Assembly: GCA_903927645.1 (NCBI GenBank)
Contig: CAIYNX010000135.1
Span: forward strand, 1,153-65,152
Direction of reading: 5' to 3'
Origin: an uncultured Mucilaginibacter sp.
GTDB lineage: Bacteria > Bacteroidota > Bacteroidia > Sphingobacteriales > Sphingobacteriaceae
DNA: 64,000 bases
Within the stretch, counting starts at the first letter, position 1. The number at the start of each line of letters is the position of its first letter. Under the pieces are notes generated by a model. It did no database searches, was not told where the DNA came from, and saw only the letters and a program-made list of their open reading frames with translations. The translations under genes were made by a program, and so were the position numbers. Shown one piece after another: positions 27,317 through 37,546 of the stretch.

Positions 27317-30300
27317 ATGAACCGATTTATAAAAAATATTATCTCCTTCGCTTTAAAAAACAAGTTTTTTATATTTTTTGTAACCGCGTTAATGGCTGTT
27401 GCAGGATATATCAGCTTTAAAACCATTAGTATTGATGCATTTCCGGATGTAACCAATACTTCGGTTACCATTATTACACAGTGGCCAGGAAGGAGTGCAG
27501 AGGAGGTTGAGAAGTTCGTAACTAGGCCTCTTGAAATTGCAATGAATCCGGCCGAAAAAAAGACAAGCATTCGCTCGTCTTCATTATTTGGGCTTTCGGT
27601 TGTAAAAATAACATTTGAAGACGATGTTGATTATGCATTTGCACGTTTACAGGTAAACAATCATTTAGCCGATGCCGATTTACCCGACGGTGTAAACCCT
27701 TCTGTTGAACCTCCATATGGGCCAACCGGCGAAATTTACCGCTTTACATTAAGCAGTAACCGCCGCACTGTTAGAGAATTAAAAACAATTGAGGATTGGG
27801 TAGTTGAACGCGAAATAAGAGCAGTACCAGGTGTAGCAGATATTAATAGTTTTGGCGGTGAGGTTAAGACTTACCAAATTACTGTCGACCCCAAAAAAGC
27901 AATTCAATATAATGTAACACCACTCCAATTGTTTGAGGCTGTTTCAAAAAGTAACGTGAATGTTGGTGGGGATGTTATTGAGCAAGCCGGGCAAGCCTAT
28001 GTGGTTAGAGGAATTGGTTTACTAAATAACATTGGCGAAATAAAAAATATTGTTATCAACAATATAAAAGGAACCCCAATTTATGTAAAAACTATTTCCG
28101 AAGTAACGGAGGCCGCCTTACCACGTTTGGGCCAAGTTGGAAGAGACAAAGATCCCGATGTTATAGAAGGGATAGTTGTAATGCGAAAAGGTGAAAACCC
28201 GAGTGAAGTAATAAAAAACCTAAAGGTAAAAATAAGTGAACTGAATAATAAAATTTTACCTGATGATGTTAAGCTTTCTGCCTTTTATGATAGAGAAACG
28301 CTGGTAAATTTTGCAACCAATACCGTATTGCATAACATGGCCGAAGGAATTTTGTTTGTAACGGTAATTGTTTTTTTGTTTATGGCCGATTGGCGTACTA
28401 CCTTAATAGTTTCGCTAATTATTCCCTTAGCGCTTTTATTTGCCTTTGTTTGTTTAAAACTGAAGGGAATGTCGGCCAATCTTTTATCAATGGGTGCCAT
28501 TGATTTTGGGATTATAATTGATGGGGCGGTGGTAATGGTTGAGGGTATTTTTGTAATACTCGACCAAAAATCGAGAGAGGTAGGCATGGAACAATATAAT
28601 AAGCTGAGCAAGTTAGGGCTCATAAAAAAAGCCTGCTTGGTTAATGGCAAGGGCATATTTTTTGCTAAACTCATTATTATTACCGGGCTGCTTCCAATTT
28701 TTAGTTTCCAAAAGGTTGAGGGCAAAATGTTTTCGCCTTTGGCATGGACATTAGGGTTTGCTTTATTAGGGGCAGTTATCATGACCTTTACCCTTGTTCC
28801 GGCATTGGCAAGTGTATTATTGAATAAAAACGTAAAAGAAAAACATAACTATTTTGTTGATTTTATAACACGCAACGCCATGCGTTTTTATGCAGTATGT
28901 TTTAAGGCACGTAAAATAGTATTCCCTATATCAATAGTAGCCTTATTAGTGAGTTTGTTTTGTTTTACATTTTTGGGAACAGAATTTTTACCCGAACTAA
29001 ATGAAGGAGCCATATATGTAAGGGCAACTGGTCCTTTAAGTATATCGTTAAAAGAATCAGTAAGGCTATCAAACGAAATTCGTAAAATATTTTTAAGTTT
29101 TGATGAGGTAAAACAGGTCTTATCACAAACAGGCAGGCCAAATGATGGTACAGATGCTACGGGATTTTATAATATTGAATTCCATGTTGATATTTATCCG
29201 CAAGATGAATGGAAACGAAAAGAAACCAAGGAAGCGTTAATTGGGCGAATGCAGGAAAAATTAAAATATCTTCCCGGAATTGATATCAATTTCTCGCAAC
29301 CAATATCGGATAACGTAGAGGAGGCAGTATCAGGCGTTAAAGGTTCAATTGTAGTTAAATTATTTGGTGAGGATTACAAGTTTATTGAAAAAAAGGAAGT
29401 TGCTATTGATTCTATTTTAAAGAGTGTGAAAGGAATTGAGGATTTAGGCATTCTACATAATATAGGTCAGCCAGAATTACAGATAGATCTTAATCAAGAT
29501 AAAATGGCTCAATATGGTGTACAAGCGGCAGATGCAAATGCGGTAATAGAAATGGCCATAGGGGGGAAGGCAGCTACTCAAATTTATGAGGGTGAAAAAA
29601 AATTCGAACTGAGGATACGTTACCCTGAGGATTTTAGAAATAACCAGGAAGCAATAGGTGATTTACGTGTCCCAACATTAAATAATAATACGGTACCCCT
29701 AAGAGAGATAGCAGCTATTAAAAAAATTACTGGTATAAGTATGATATATAGGGATGACCATCTTCGTTACGGAGCCATTAAATTTTCAATTAGAGGGCGA
29801 GACATGGGTAGTGCTATAAGGGAAGCACAGGATAAGGTAAATGCACAAATAAAGCTACCAAAAGGTTATGATTTGCAATGGGCCGGTGATTTTGAGAACC
29901 AACAAAGAGCTATCAAAAGGTTAAGTCAGGTGGTGCCTATTAGTTTATTGGTAATTTTCTTTATTCTATTCATATTATTTGGCAATTTCCGCGATTCACT
30001 TTTAGTGCTAAATAATGTACCTTTTGCCATAATGGGTGGAATTTTAGCTTTGCTTATAACGGGTGTTAATTTTAACATTTCGGCAGGGATAGGCTTTATT
30101 GCCTTGTTTGGTATATGTGTTCAAAATGGTGTGATCCTAATTTCTAAGTTTAAATTCAATATTACCCAATTAAAGCACCATACTTCCTGGACATCATTCG
30201 CGATAGCCATAAAAGTAGGTGTAGCTGATAGGCTAAGACCAGTAGTTATGACTGCCATGATGGCTGCCATTGGGCTTTTACCTGCAGCAATATCAAACGG

Positions 30301-30448
30301 AATTGGATCTGAAGCGTCAAAACCATTGGCTATTGTAGTTATTGGGGGCTTAATTACCAATACTATTTTTAACCTATTTATTTTCCCTATAGTATTTTTC
30401 TGGTCGTACAATAAAAGGGTTGAACGTGGTTTAATAAACCGAATTTGA
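27317..30448 (+). CDS. CusA/CzcA-family heavy-metal efflux RND transporter
   Basis: IDAFPDVTN, ANLLSMGAIDFGIIIDGAVVMVE, GTEFLPELNEG, RLRPVVMTA. Confidence 0.92.
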   Translation: MNRFIKNIISFALKNKFFIFFVTALMAVAGYISFKTISIDAFPDVTNTSVTIITQWPGRSAEEVEKFVTRPLEIAMNPAEKKTSIRSSSLFGLSVVKITFEDDVDYAFARLQVNNHLADADLPDGVNPSVEPPYGPTGEIYRFTLSSNRRTVRELKTIEDWVVEREIRAVPGVADINSFGGEVKTYQITVDPKKAIQYNVTPLQLFEAVSKSNVNVGGDVIEQAGQAYVVRGIGLLNNIGEIKNIVINNIKGTPIYVKTISEVTEAALPRLGQVGRDKDPDVIEGIVVMRKGENPSEVIKNLKVKISELNNKILPDDVKLSAFYDRETLVNFATNTVLHNMAEGILFVTVIVFLFMADWRTTLIVSLIIPLALLFAFVCLKLKGMSANLLSMGAIDFGIIIDGAVVMVEGIFVILDQKSREVGMEQYNKLSKLGLIKKACLVNGKGIFFAKLIIITGLLPIFSFQKVEGKMFSPLAWTLGFALLGAVIMTFTLVPALASVLLNKNVKEKHNYFVDFITRNAMRFYAVCFKARKIVFPISIVALLVSLFCFTFLGTEFLPELNEGAIYVRATGPLSISLKESVRLSNEIRKIFLSFDEVKQVLSQTGRPNDGTDATGFYNIEFHVDIYPQDEWKRKETKEALIGRMQEKLKYLPGIDINFSQPISDNVEEAVSGVKGSIVVKLFGEDYKFIEKKEVAIDSILKSVKGIEDLGILHNIGQPELQIDLNQDKMAQYGVQAADANAVIEMAIGGKAATQIYEGEKKFELRIRYPEDFRNNQEAIGDLRVPTLNNNTVPLREIAAIKKITGISMIYRDDHLRYGAIKFSIRGRDMGSAIREAQDKVNAQIKLPKGYDLQWAGDFENQQRAIKRLSQVVPISLLVIFFILFILFGNFRDSLLVLNNVPFAIMGGILALLITGVNFNISAGIGFIALFGICVQNGVILISKFKFNITQLKHHTSWTSFAIAIKVGVADRLRPVVMTAMMAAIGLLPAAISNGIGSEASKPLAIVVIGGLITNTIFNLFIFPIVFFWSYNKRVERGLINRI

Positions 30449-30521
30449 TATATAAACTTTATTGAGCACTGATGCCTGGTAATACTTTGTTTACTAAAAA
30501 TCAGTGCTCAATAAAAATATT

Positions 30522-30529
30522 TATCTTTG
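30522..30529 (+). promoter_or_regulatory. -7 promoter box for the RemB-like pair
   Basis: TATCTTTG 5 nt before the ATG at 30535. Confidence 0.5.
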
Positions 30530-30534
30530 CTTGC

Positions 30535-32151
30535 ATGATCTACGTTTACGCAATCAAAAAAAGGTGTTTGCTTGTTGTTGTATTTTTCTCATGTTTGTTT
30601 GCTACAACTGAGCTATTTGGTCAATTAATATATCAGCCATATACCTACCAATTTTATCAAAAGTTAAATACAAGCCTATATTCTATAAATACCAATGAAC
30701 ATACTTCGATGAAGCCTTATTTTATTTCGGATTCATCGGCTATTAAAAAACAATATGATTCATTGTTATTCGTAAAAACTGATTATTCGCATAAAAATTG
30801 GTTAAAACGTACCTTTTTACCAAAACATCAAATTGATGTTAAAACCAATGATTACAATATTTTCTTTGATTTTTTATGGGATGTTGAAAAAGGGAACGAT
30901 TATTTGGGAAAGAGTAGTACAATCCTTAACTCGCGCGGTTTTCAATTTGGTGCAACGGTTGGTAAAAATTTTTACATTTATACAAGTTTGTATGAAAATC
31001 AAGGAAAATTCCCGAATTATATTAATGACTATATTAATGCTAAAAGGCTTGTTCCCAGCGAATATCCGGTAAATGTTTTACCTTATTCAAATGGTTCTAC
31101 AGATTGGTCGAGGGTGACTTCAATTATTGGTTATAAGCCTGCTAAAAATATATTACTTACCCTTGGACAGGATAAAATTTTTATTGGCGATGGATACCGA
31201 TCTTTATTATTATCAGATAATGCGCCTAATTATCCATTTTTTAAATTTTCAATTGATTTAACAAAAAGTATTCAATACACTAGTATTTGGGCCTATTTTC
31301 AAGATCGTAATGCACCAAATTTTAATGTATTTACCAATAACAGGCGCAAATATGGAGTGTTTCATTATATAGATTGGAATATTACCAAAAGAGCATCGGT
31401 AGCATTTTTTAATGCTTTAATAAGTGAAGAAGCTGATAATCAAGGTAATTTACATGGCTTTGATTTAAATATTATAAACCCCATATTATTCTCTCCAGCT
31501 TTAGGGCCTTCCACCCAAGTAGCTGATCATACCCTAGCCGGTTTAAATGTCAAGTATAAATTGTTTGATAAAACTTCAATCTATGGGCAGTTTGTAATGG
31601 ATCAAACCATAAATTCCGGATTAAGTAATTCTACAGGTTATCAAATAGGAGTTAGGGGTTCTGATTTATTTTTTTTGAAGCATCTAAATTATCTATTTGA
31701 ATATAATACTGTGTCGCCAAGTGTATATTATGGGCAAAATGCGATAGTTAATTATACCCATTTTGGCGATCCATTGGGTGATCCGTTTGGTGCTAATTTT
31801 AAGGAATTATTGGGTATAGTAAACTATACCATTGATAAGTTCGATTTTCAGTTTGAAGGTTATTATGTAAATCTGGCTAATAATTTAGGTTATAATGATT
31901 ATGGAAGCGAAATCCAAGTTGTTAATTATGTAAACCTTCCGCAAATTATCAATAACTCCGGAGTGGGCGTGCCTGCAACTATTAAGTTTGCCGAAGGAAC
32001 CCTAGGTTATATGTTGAACCCTAAATATAATTTGAAAATTGAGGTTGGTGCTTTGTTAAGGCAAGAAAAAAGTAGCCAAACAGATACCAAAACTGCTTTA
32101 TTAACCATAGGATTTAAAAGCGGTTTCAGGAACTTGTACCGCGATTTTTAA
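30535..32151 (+). CDS. RemB-like / Wzi-like outer-membrane protein, paralog 1
   Basis: Signal peptide from MIYVYA; FIGDGYRSLLLSDNAPNYPF, KYGVFHYIDW, PLGDPFGANFKE, C-terminal FRNLYRDF. Confidence 0.75.
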   Translation: MIYVYAIKKRCLLVVVFFSCLFATTELFGQLIYQPYTYQFYQKLNTSLYSINTNEHTSMKPYFISDSSAIKKQYDSLLFVKTDYSHKNWLKRTFLPKHQIDVKTNDYNIFFDFLWDVEKGNDYLGKSSTILNSRGFQFGATVGKNFYIYTSLYENQGKFPNYINDYINAKRLVPSEYPVNVLPYSNGSTDWSRVTSIIGYKPAKNILLTLGQDKIFIGDGYRSLLLSDNAPNYPFFKFSIDLTKSIQYTSIWAYFQDRNAPNFNVFTNNRRKYGVFHYIDWNITKRASVAFFNALISEEADNQGNLHGFDLNIINPILFSPALGPSTQVADHTLAGLNVKYKLFDKTSIYGQFVMDQTINSGLSNSTGYQIGVRGSDLFFLKHLNYLFEYNTVSPSVYYGQNAIVNYTHFGDPLGDPFGANFKELLGIVNYTIDKFDFQFEGYYVNLANNLGYNDYGSEIQVVNYVNLPQIINNSGVGVPATIKFAEGTLGYMLNPKYNLKIEVGALLRQEKSSQTDTKTALLTIGFKSGFRNLYRDF

Positions 32152-32181
32152 TTTACCTTTATTATTTATCCAAAAACAATT

Positions 32182-33810
32182 ATGAACAATTTGTACCCAT
32201 ATAAAGTAATTAAGTATTATTTATTACTAATAATAAATTTATTGGGAGCTATAGTTTACGGGCAAGAGGCTAACCAATCATATTCATATCAATTTTATCA
32301 GAAGCTAAATCCTGTTTTATATGCAACAAGTTTTGGCGGGCACACCGCTTTAAAACCATATGTTTTAGAAGATTCATTGCTCTCTAAATCATTTGAAAGT
32401 TTAGGTAATGGCGAACCGTTTTTAAGTAAACAAAAAGCCGATAATAAAATATTTAATGGGCATTTGTTTAATTACAGTGTAAGTAACGCATCATTTTATG
32501 CTGATATTTTACCCGAATTTGTTATTGGAAATGATTTAGCCGGTAAGAGAACAACAAGTATAGCCAATATTGGTTTGCAGTTTGGAGGTAAATTGGGTAA
32601 TAAATTTACCTATTATATAAATGCTTATTATAACGACCAAGCTAGCCCTGAATATTTAACCACTTACATACAGCAAGTGGGTATAATACCAAGTGAGGGA
32701 GTAGCTAGCAATAATGGCAACAATAATTTTCAAAGTACCATGATAAGTGGGGTACTTTCGTTTACACCTTCAAAGTATTTCAGCATTAGTGCCGGACGCG
32801 AAAAAACATTCATTGGTGATGGTTATCGTTCGCTTCTGCTGTCTGATTTTTCAACACCCTACCCATTTTTTAGACTTACAGGTTCATTAGGCAGGTTGAA
32901 ATATATGGCCATGTGGACCGTTATGGATGATCCGGCCACTACTTCACAGTTAGGATATGACAGAAAGAAATTTGGTGTTTTTCATTATTTAGATTGGAGC
33001 GTAAATAATAGATTATCATTTGGCTTTTTTGAAAATCTGACCGGATTTTTTACGGATGACAATGGGGTTAATAGACCATTCGATTTTAACTATATTAATC
33101 CATTTATCTTTTTGAAATCAATTGATAACGCTACAAATGATCCTGATAAAGCATTATTGGGGTTAACCAGTAAATATAAAATTAGTAACGGTATCACTGT
33201 ATATGGTCAGTTTAGCTTAAATGAATTTCATGCTGTCGATTTTTTTTCGAGCAATGGGGCCTATACCAATAAATATGGATGGCAAATAGGTTTTCGAGGT
33301 ACTAATTTATTCACAATTAAAAACCTTAATTTTTTATTGGAAACAAATAATGTTAAACCATATACCTATTCTGCTAGGTCGGCCATTGAAAACTATTCAA
33401 ATAGCGGCGAACCGCTGGCTCATCCTTGGGGGGCAAATTTTAGAGAATTGGTTGGGTTATTAAACTATTCCCATAAAAGGTTCGATTTTAGCCTAGAATC
33501 TGATTTCGGTAGATATGGCTTAAATGAAAATGGCATTAATTATGGAAAAGACATATTTTTGTTATATACGAAGCCTAAAAGTATTTATAACAATTATACC
33601 ACCCAAGGTTTAACTACCAATTTAAGTTACTTTGAAAGTAAAATTGCTTATATAATTAACCCCAAAACCAATTTAAGAATTGAATTAGGAGGTATTTACA
33701 GAACGGAGCAAAATGATAAATTTACTGATAATACCAAAATGATTACTTTAGGAATCAGAAGTTCGTTCCGTCAAGTATATAATGACCTGGCCAGCTATAA
33801 AACGCATTAA
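32182..33810 (+). CDS. RemB-like / Wzi-like outer-membrane protein, paralog 2
   Basis: FIGDGYRSLLLSDFSTPYPF, KFGVFHYLDW, KPYTYS, PLAHPWGANFRE, INPKTNLRIELG. Confidence 0.75.
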   Translation: MNNLYPYKVIKYYLLLIINLLGAIVYGQEANQSYSYQFYQKLNPVLYATSFGGHTALKPYVLEDSLLSKSFESLGNGEPFLSKQKADNKIFNGHLFNYSVSNASFYADILPEFVIGNDLAGKRTTSIANIGLQFGGKLGNKFTYYINAYYNDQASPEYLTTYIQQVGIIPSEGVASNNGNNNFQSTMISGVLSFTPSKYFSISAGREKTFIGDGYRSLLLSDFSTPYPFFRLTGSLGRLKYMAMWTVMDDPATTSQLGYDRKKFGVFHYLDWSVNNRLSFGFFENLTGFFTDDNGVNRPFDFNYINPFIFLKSIDNATNDPDKALLGLTSKYKISNGITVYGQFSLNEFHAVDFFSSNGAYTNKYGWQIGFRGTNLFTIKNLNFLLETNNVKPYTYSARSAIENYSNSGEPLAHPWGANFRELVGLLNYSHKRFDFSLESDFGRYGLNENGINYGKDIFLLYTKPKSIYNNYTTQGLTTNLSYFESKIAYIINPKTNLRIELGGIYRTEQNDKFTDNTKMITLGIRSSFRQVYNDLASYKTH

Positions 33811-33814
33811 AATT

Positions 33815-34495
33815 TTAAATAGCAGTTTTGGTATTTAGTTTTATTTCAATTTCTTCAAAAATATCTACGTAGCGTTCACTCAATTCCAATCTATTAGCAG
33901 CTAAGATTTCATTCATAAGTTCTTCATTTTTGGGGGTAAACGGATTACTCCAAACCCTCATACAAATTCTTTTTAGGGCATATGCAACTTGATTAATATT
34001 GGCGTAGGAGTGCAAATATTTATTTTTGTTAAAATCTTCAAAAAATTTATGAAAGCTATGGGTTTCTTTTAAGCCAGCAATAAGTAAAAATTCATCTATA
34101 ACAGGTTTTTCGCAATTCATTAATTGGTTATAAAACTCATCTACTATTATTTTTTTACTTGTTATAAGTAGATTATCTAACAATAACTCTAACGCGATAT
34201 GCCCTAAAAAAAAAGGCTTAACAGGCGAGTCCACAATCGCTGGCTTCAACAGGTTTTTTAAATGATGGGCATGTTCTTTAAAAAAGGTAGATGAATGGAA
34301 ATATCTGTCAACTTCCAAATGTTTGTTCCAACCAGTTATTATGGAATTGAACTCCGTTTTATTTGTTTGAAGTTTTTCAGGATGAAGAACAATGGTTTTA
34401 TCAGCATTTTTTAAAAGATCAGGCAATACGGTACCTAAAACATGATAGCAGTTATCTGTTTCCTTGTCAAAATAAAAATGAGATAAAAAATTCAT
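33815..34495 (-). CDS. AcpH/DUF479-like putative metal-dependent phosphodiesterase
   Basis: MNFLSH start, GTVLPD, HLEVDRYFH, HIALELLLD resemble ACP phosphodiesterase metal ligands. Confidence 0.55.
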   Translation of the reverse strand: MNFLSHFYFDKETDNCYHVLGTVLPDLLKNADKTIVLHPEKLQTNKTEFNSIITGWNKHLEVDRYFHSSTFFKEHAHHLKNLLKPAIVDSPVKPFFLGHIALELLLDNLLITSKKIIVDEFYNQLMNCEKPVIDEFLLIAGLKETHSFHKFFEDFNKNKYLHSYANINQVAYALKRICMRVWSNPFTPKNEELMNEILAANRLELSERYVDIFEEIEIKLNTKTAI

Positions 34496-34624
34496 TTAAT
34501 GTGTTTAACAGCATGTATTATCACAATTTACAGTTTTTAATTTAAAAGCGGTTTATATCAGTTAATTTTAATTAATTTTTAATCATTATTTATAAACAGT
34601 CTAAACAAAATGTACTAATTGGGG

Positions 34625-34647
34625 CAAAATTAATTCTGCTATATTTG
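34625..34647. promoter_or_regulatory. Back-to-back divergent -7 boxes
   Basis: TAATTTTG on minus (34625-34632) and TATATTTG on plus (34640-34647), between the AcpH-like gene and tyrS. Confidence 0.55.
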
Positions 34648-34658
34648 CCACTTTTGAA

Positions 34659-35954
34659 ATGGATATAAAAATGAATTTTGTTGATGAATTACGTTGGCGT
34701 GGTATGCTGCATGATATTATGCCGGGTACCGAAGAATTATTAAATAAAGGGATGGTTTCTGGTTATATTGGTTTTGACCCAACTGCCGATTCTTTACATG
34801 TTGGCAGCTTGGCGCAAATCATGACGATGATCCATTTTCAGCGTGCCGGGCATCAACCTTTTGCTTTGGTAGGCGGAGCAACTGGTATGGTTGGTGATCC
34901 TTCAGGTAAGTCGGCCGAACGTAATTTGCTATCTGAGGAAGTACTGCAGCAAAACTTAGCAGGAATTAAAAACCAGCTTGAGAAATTTCTTGATTTTGAT
35001 TGTGGTAGTAACAGCGCCAAAATGGTGAATAACTATGATTGGTTTAAGGATTTCTCTTTCCTTAATTTTATAAGGGACGTAGGTAAGCATATTACGGTAA
35101 ACTATATGATGGCCAAAGATTCGGTTAAAAACCGAATTGGTGGCGAAACCGGGATGTCATTTACTGAATTCTCGTACCAATTGGTTCAAGGCTATGACTT
35201 TTATTATTTATGGAAAAATCATAATTGTTCATTACAAATGGGAGGTTCTGATCAATGGGGAAATATCGTTACGGGTACTGAGTTAATCAGGCGGAAAGAT
35301 GGGGGAGAAGCTTTTGCCATTACCACCCAATTGATAAAAAAAGCCGATGGAAGTAAATTTGGTAAAACAGAGGGTGGCAATATTTGGTTGGATGCAAAAA
35401 AAACATCTCCATATAAATTTTATCAGTTTTGGTTAAATACAAGCGATGATGATGCCAAAACCTATATCAGGATATTTACCTTGTTTGATAGAGCAACTAT
35501 TGAAACATTGGAAACAGAACATGATACAGCCCCTCACCTTCGTACACTGCAAAAGGCTTTAGCAAAAGACATCACTATAAGAGTGCATGACGAAGCTGAA
35601 TACGAGAAAGCCATTAAATCAACTGAGTTTTTATTTGGAAATACCGGAATTGAGTTTTTAAATGAATTAAATGATGCGGAAATTCAATCCTTATTTGATG
35701 GTGTTCCAAATTTTCAAATTACAAAAAATGAGTTAGTAAATGGAATAAATGTGGTTGATTTATTGGCTGTTTCAACTTCTGTATTTCCATCAAAGGGTGA
35801 AGCAAAAAAAATGATACTAGGAGGTGGCACGGTTATAAACAGAAATAAAATTTCAAGTGTTGATCAACAATTTTCGATGATTGACTTAATAAATAATAAA
35901 TATTTGATAGCGCAGAAAGGTAAAAAAAATTATTATTTAATTATTGCTGAGTAG
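34659..35954 (+). CDS. tyrS: Tyrosine--tRNA ligase
   Basis: [13 protein letters not shown] (HIGH), [16 protein letters not shown] (KMSKS), C-terminal S4 domain. Confidence 0.97.
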   Translation: MDIKMNFVDELRWRGMLHDIMPGTEELLNKGMVSGYIGFDPTADSLHVGSLAQIMTMIHFQRAGHQPFALVGGATGMVGDPSGKSAERNLLSEEVLQQNLAGIKNQLEKFLDFDCGSNSAKMVNNYDWFKDFSFLNFIRDVGKHITVNYMMAKDSVKNRIGGETGMSFTEFSYQLVQGYDFYYLWKNHNCSLQMGGSDQWGNIVTGTELIRRKDGGEAFAITTQLIKKADGSKFGKTEGGNIWLDAKKTSPYKFYQFWLNTSDDDAKTYIRIFTLFDRATIETLETEHDTAPHLRTLQKALAKDITIRVHDEAEYEKAIKSTEFLFGNTGIEFLNELNDAEIQSLFDGVPNFQITKNELVNGINVVDLLAVSTSVFPSKGEAKKMILGGGTVINRNKISSVDQQFSMIDLINNKYLIAQKGKKNYYLIIAE

Positions 35955-36017
35955 GGGAAGTTATAAATCTAGAAAATATCTTCCTCCGCAAATGCATGTG
36001 ATAATTTAGATAAATGT

Positions 36018-37142
36018 TTATTTTGGATCAATAACCATTTTTTCAACATCTCTTACAACTTTTCGGATTTTTTCGTCAAGTATTATAGCTGCTTGTTCCA
36101 GGTATTCAAAGTAAGCAGGTGGGGCCAAGTAGTTTTCTTCTTTTATAAGGTTTATTAAACCCATTATTGTTGTTAGCGGCCCCCTAAATTCATGGGCCTG
36201 TATATGCGCTATATCTACTAAAGATTGGTTTTGTTCTATTATTTTTTGTTCCTTTAATTTTCTTTCAGTAACATCCCTCACAGTATATGAAATACTAATT
36301 ATTTCATTGTCATCATTCCGAACGGGTTCAAAAGTAGCTTCCCAATATAATATTCCTAATGGTTCGTAAAATGTTGAACCTTCATGCATGGTCTTTATTC
36401 CCTGCAAAGCAAGGTTATAATTTTTGGTAAAGGGTTCTAAAAAGGCATCATCAACGTATTTTACAAAATGTTCTCCTCTGGTTAGTTTATTATTATATGC
36501 ATTATTTATAAAGTTATAGGCTGCTTTATTAAAATCAATTATCTCACCTTTTATTCCAATTAGAACCTGAAAGGTAGTGGAGCTTTCAAAAAAAGAACGT
36601 AAACGTATATTTGCATCGTTATTTATTAGGCGTTGTTCACTAAGTTCGATCTCATGTTTTTTCAGGATTTCCAATCCTGACCTAAATTCTAATGTTTTAA
36701 TAACTTGATTTCCTAAAATTTTAATCATCATTTTTTCCTGATCATTCAAATTGTGCGGAATATTATCAAATACACATAAAGTACCAATTTTTTCTCCTTC
36801 ATGAGTAATTAAGGGTACCCCGGCGTAAAATCGTAAATTTTCCTTTCCGGTAACCCAAGGGTTATTGATAAATCTTGTGTCTTTAATTAAATCAGGTACT
36901 ACCAATAAATCATTTCCGGCTAATGTATGGGTACAAAAGCTAATATTTCTTGGAACCGTAATTTTGCTTATTCCTTTTCGAACAATAAGATTTTGAGTCT
37001 CATTATCCATAAAGGTTATCATGGCATATGGCGAATTACTTACTGCTGAAGCAAGTTCCACAATTTCAAGTAATTCCTCATCATTCTCTAATTCTTGATT
37101 ATTGAATCGAGCTAATGTTTGTAAACGTATTTGATCAACCAT
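36018..37142 (-). CDS. Cytoplasmic GAF-PAS-HisKA-like sensor lacking an ATPase domain
   Basis: GAF (SFCTHTL, RFYAGVPL, IGTLCVFD), PAS (VRDVTERK), H-box AHEFRGPLTTIMGL, then stop. Confidence 0.8.
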   Translation of the reverse strand: MVDQIRLQTLARFNNQELENDEELLEIVELASAVSNSPYAMITFMDNETQNLIVRKGISKITVPRNISFCTHTLAGNDLLVVPDLIKDTRFINNPWVTGKENLRFYAGVPLITHEGEKIGTLCVFDNIPHNLNDQEKMMIKILGNQVIKTLEFRSGLEILKKHEIELSEQRLINNDANIRLRSFFESSTTFQVLIGIKGEIIDFNKAAYNFINNAYNNKLTRGEHFVKYVDDAFLEPFTKNYNLALQGIKTMHEGSTFYEPLGILYWEATFEPVRNDDNEIISISYTVRDVTERKLKEQKIIEQNQSLVDIAHIQAHEFRGPLTTIMGLINLIKEENYLAPPAYFEYLEQAAIILDEKIRKVVRDVEKMVIDPK

Positions 37143-37546
37143 TAAAACTAAATAGTATTAAATTAGTTATTTACCCATTCAATAAAAAAAATGAATTTAT
37201 TTTACTAAAATAATCAATTTATGTACCAAAAAGAATACATATGGGTTATTAATTTGTTAAGTTGAGAAAGTTTTGAGTAGGCTAATATTTTTTAAAGTAA
37301 AAGATAAATTAGGAGTAATTATTTATTTAAAGTATTGTTATTAAAGTAATAGCAATTTTAATTTTTTATTTATTTATTTTATTTTTTATAATATGTTAAA
37401 ATACCGCAACTCTTATTCCCCAATATTACCCATCATGCGTATTTATTTGGGCATGTATAAGGCCACATTTTAATGCCAATTCAATTTTAAGAAAAAAATA
37501 TAATTTGATAAGGTTATTAAAATGGTCAAAATGTATGGTTATTTAG

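Noticed and set aside
27253-27570. 105-aa minus-strand ORF spanning the repeat-rich gap
   Set aside because: Mostly antisense to the RND gene, with no recognisable motif.
28285-28782. 165-aa antisense ORF and similar short ORFs inside valS, bamA, the M13 peptidase and nuo genes
   Set aside because: Fully overlap well-supported genes on the opposite strand or frame; typical shadow ORFs.
35954-35988. Weak hairpin between convergent tyrS and the GAF protein gene
   Set aside because: Imperfect stem, long loop and no U-tract; too weak to call a terminator.
37143-37546. Long AT-rich intergenic regions (also 11048-11448, 16517-16872, 44293-44656) as ncRNA or riboswitch
   Set aside because: No tRNA cloverleaf, riboswitch consensus or stable stem recognisable by eye; an Infernal/Rfam scan would be needed to exclude them.
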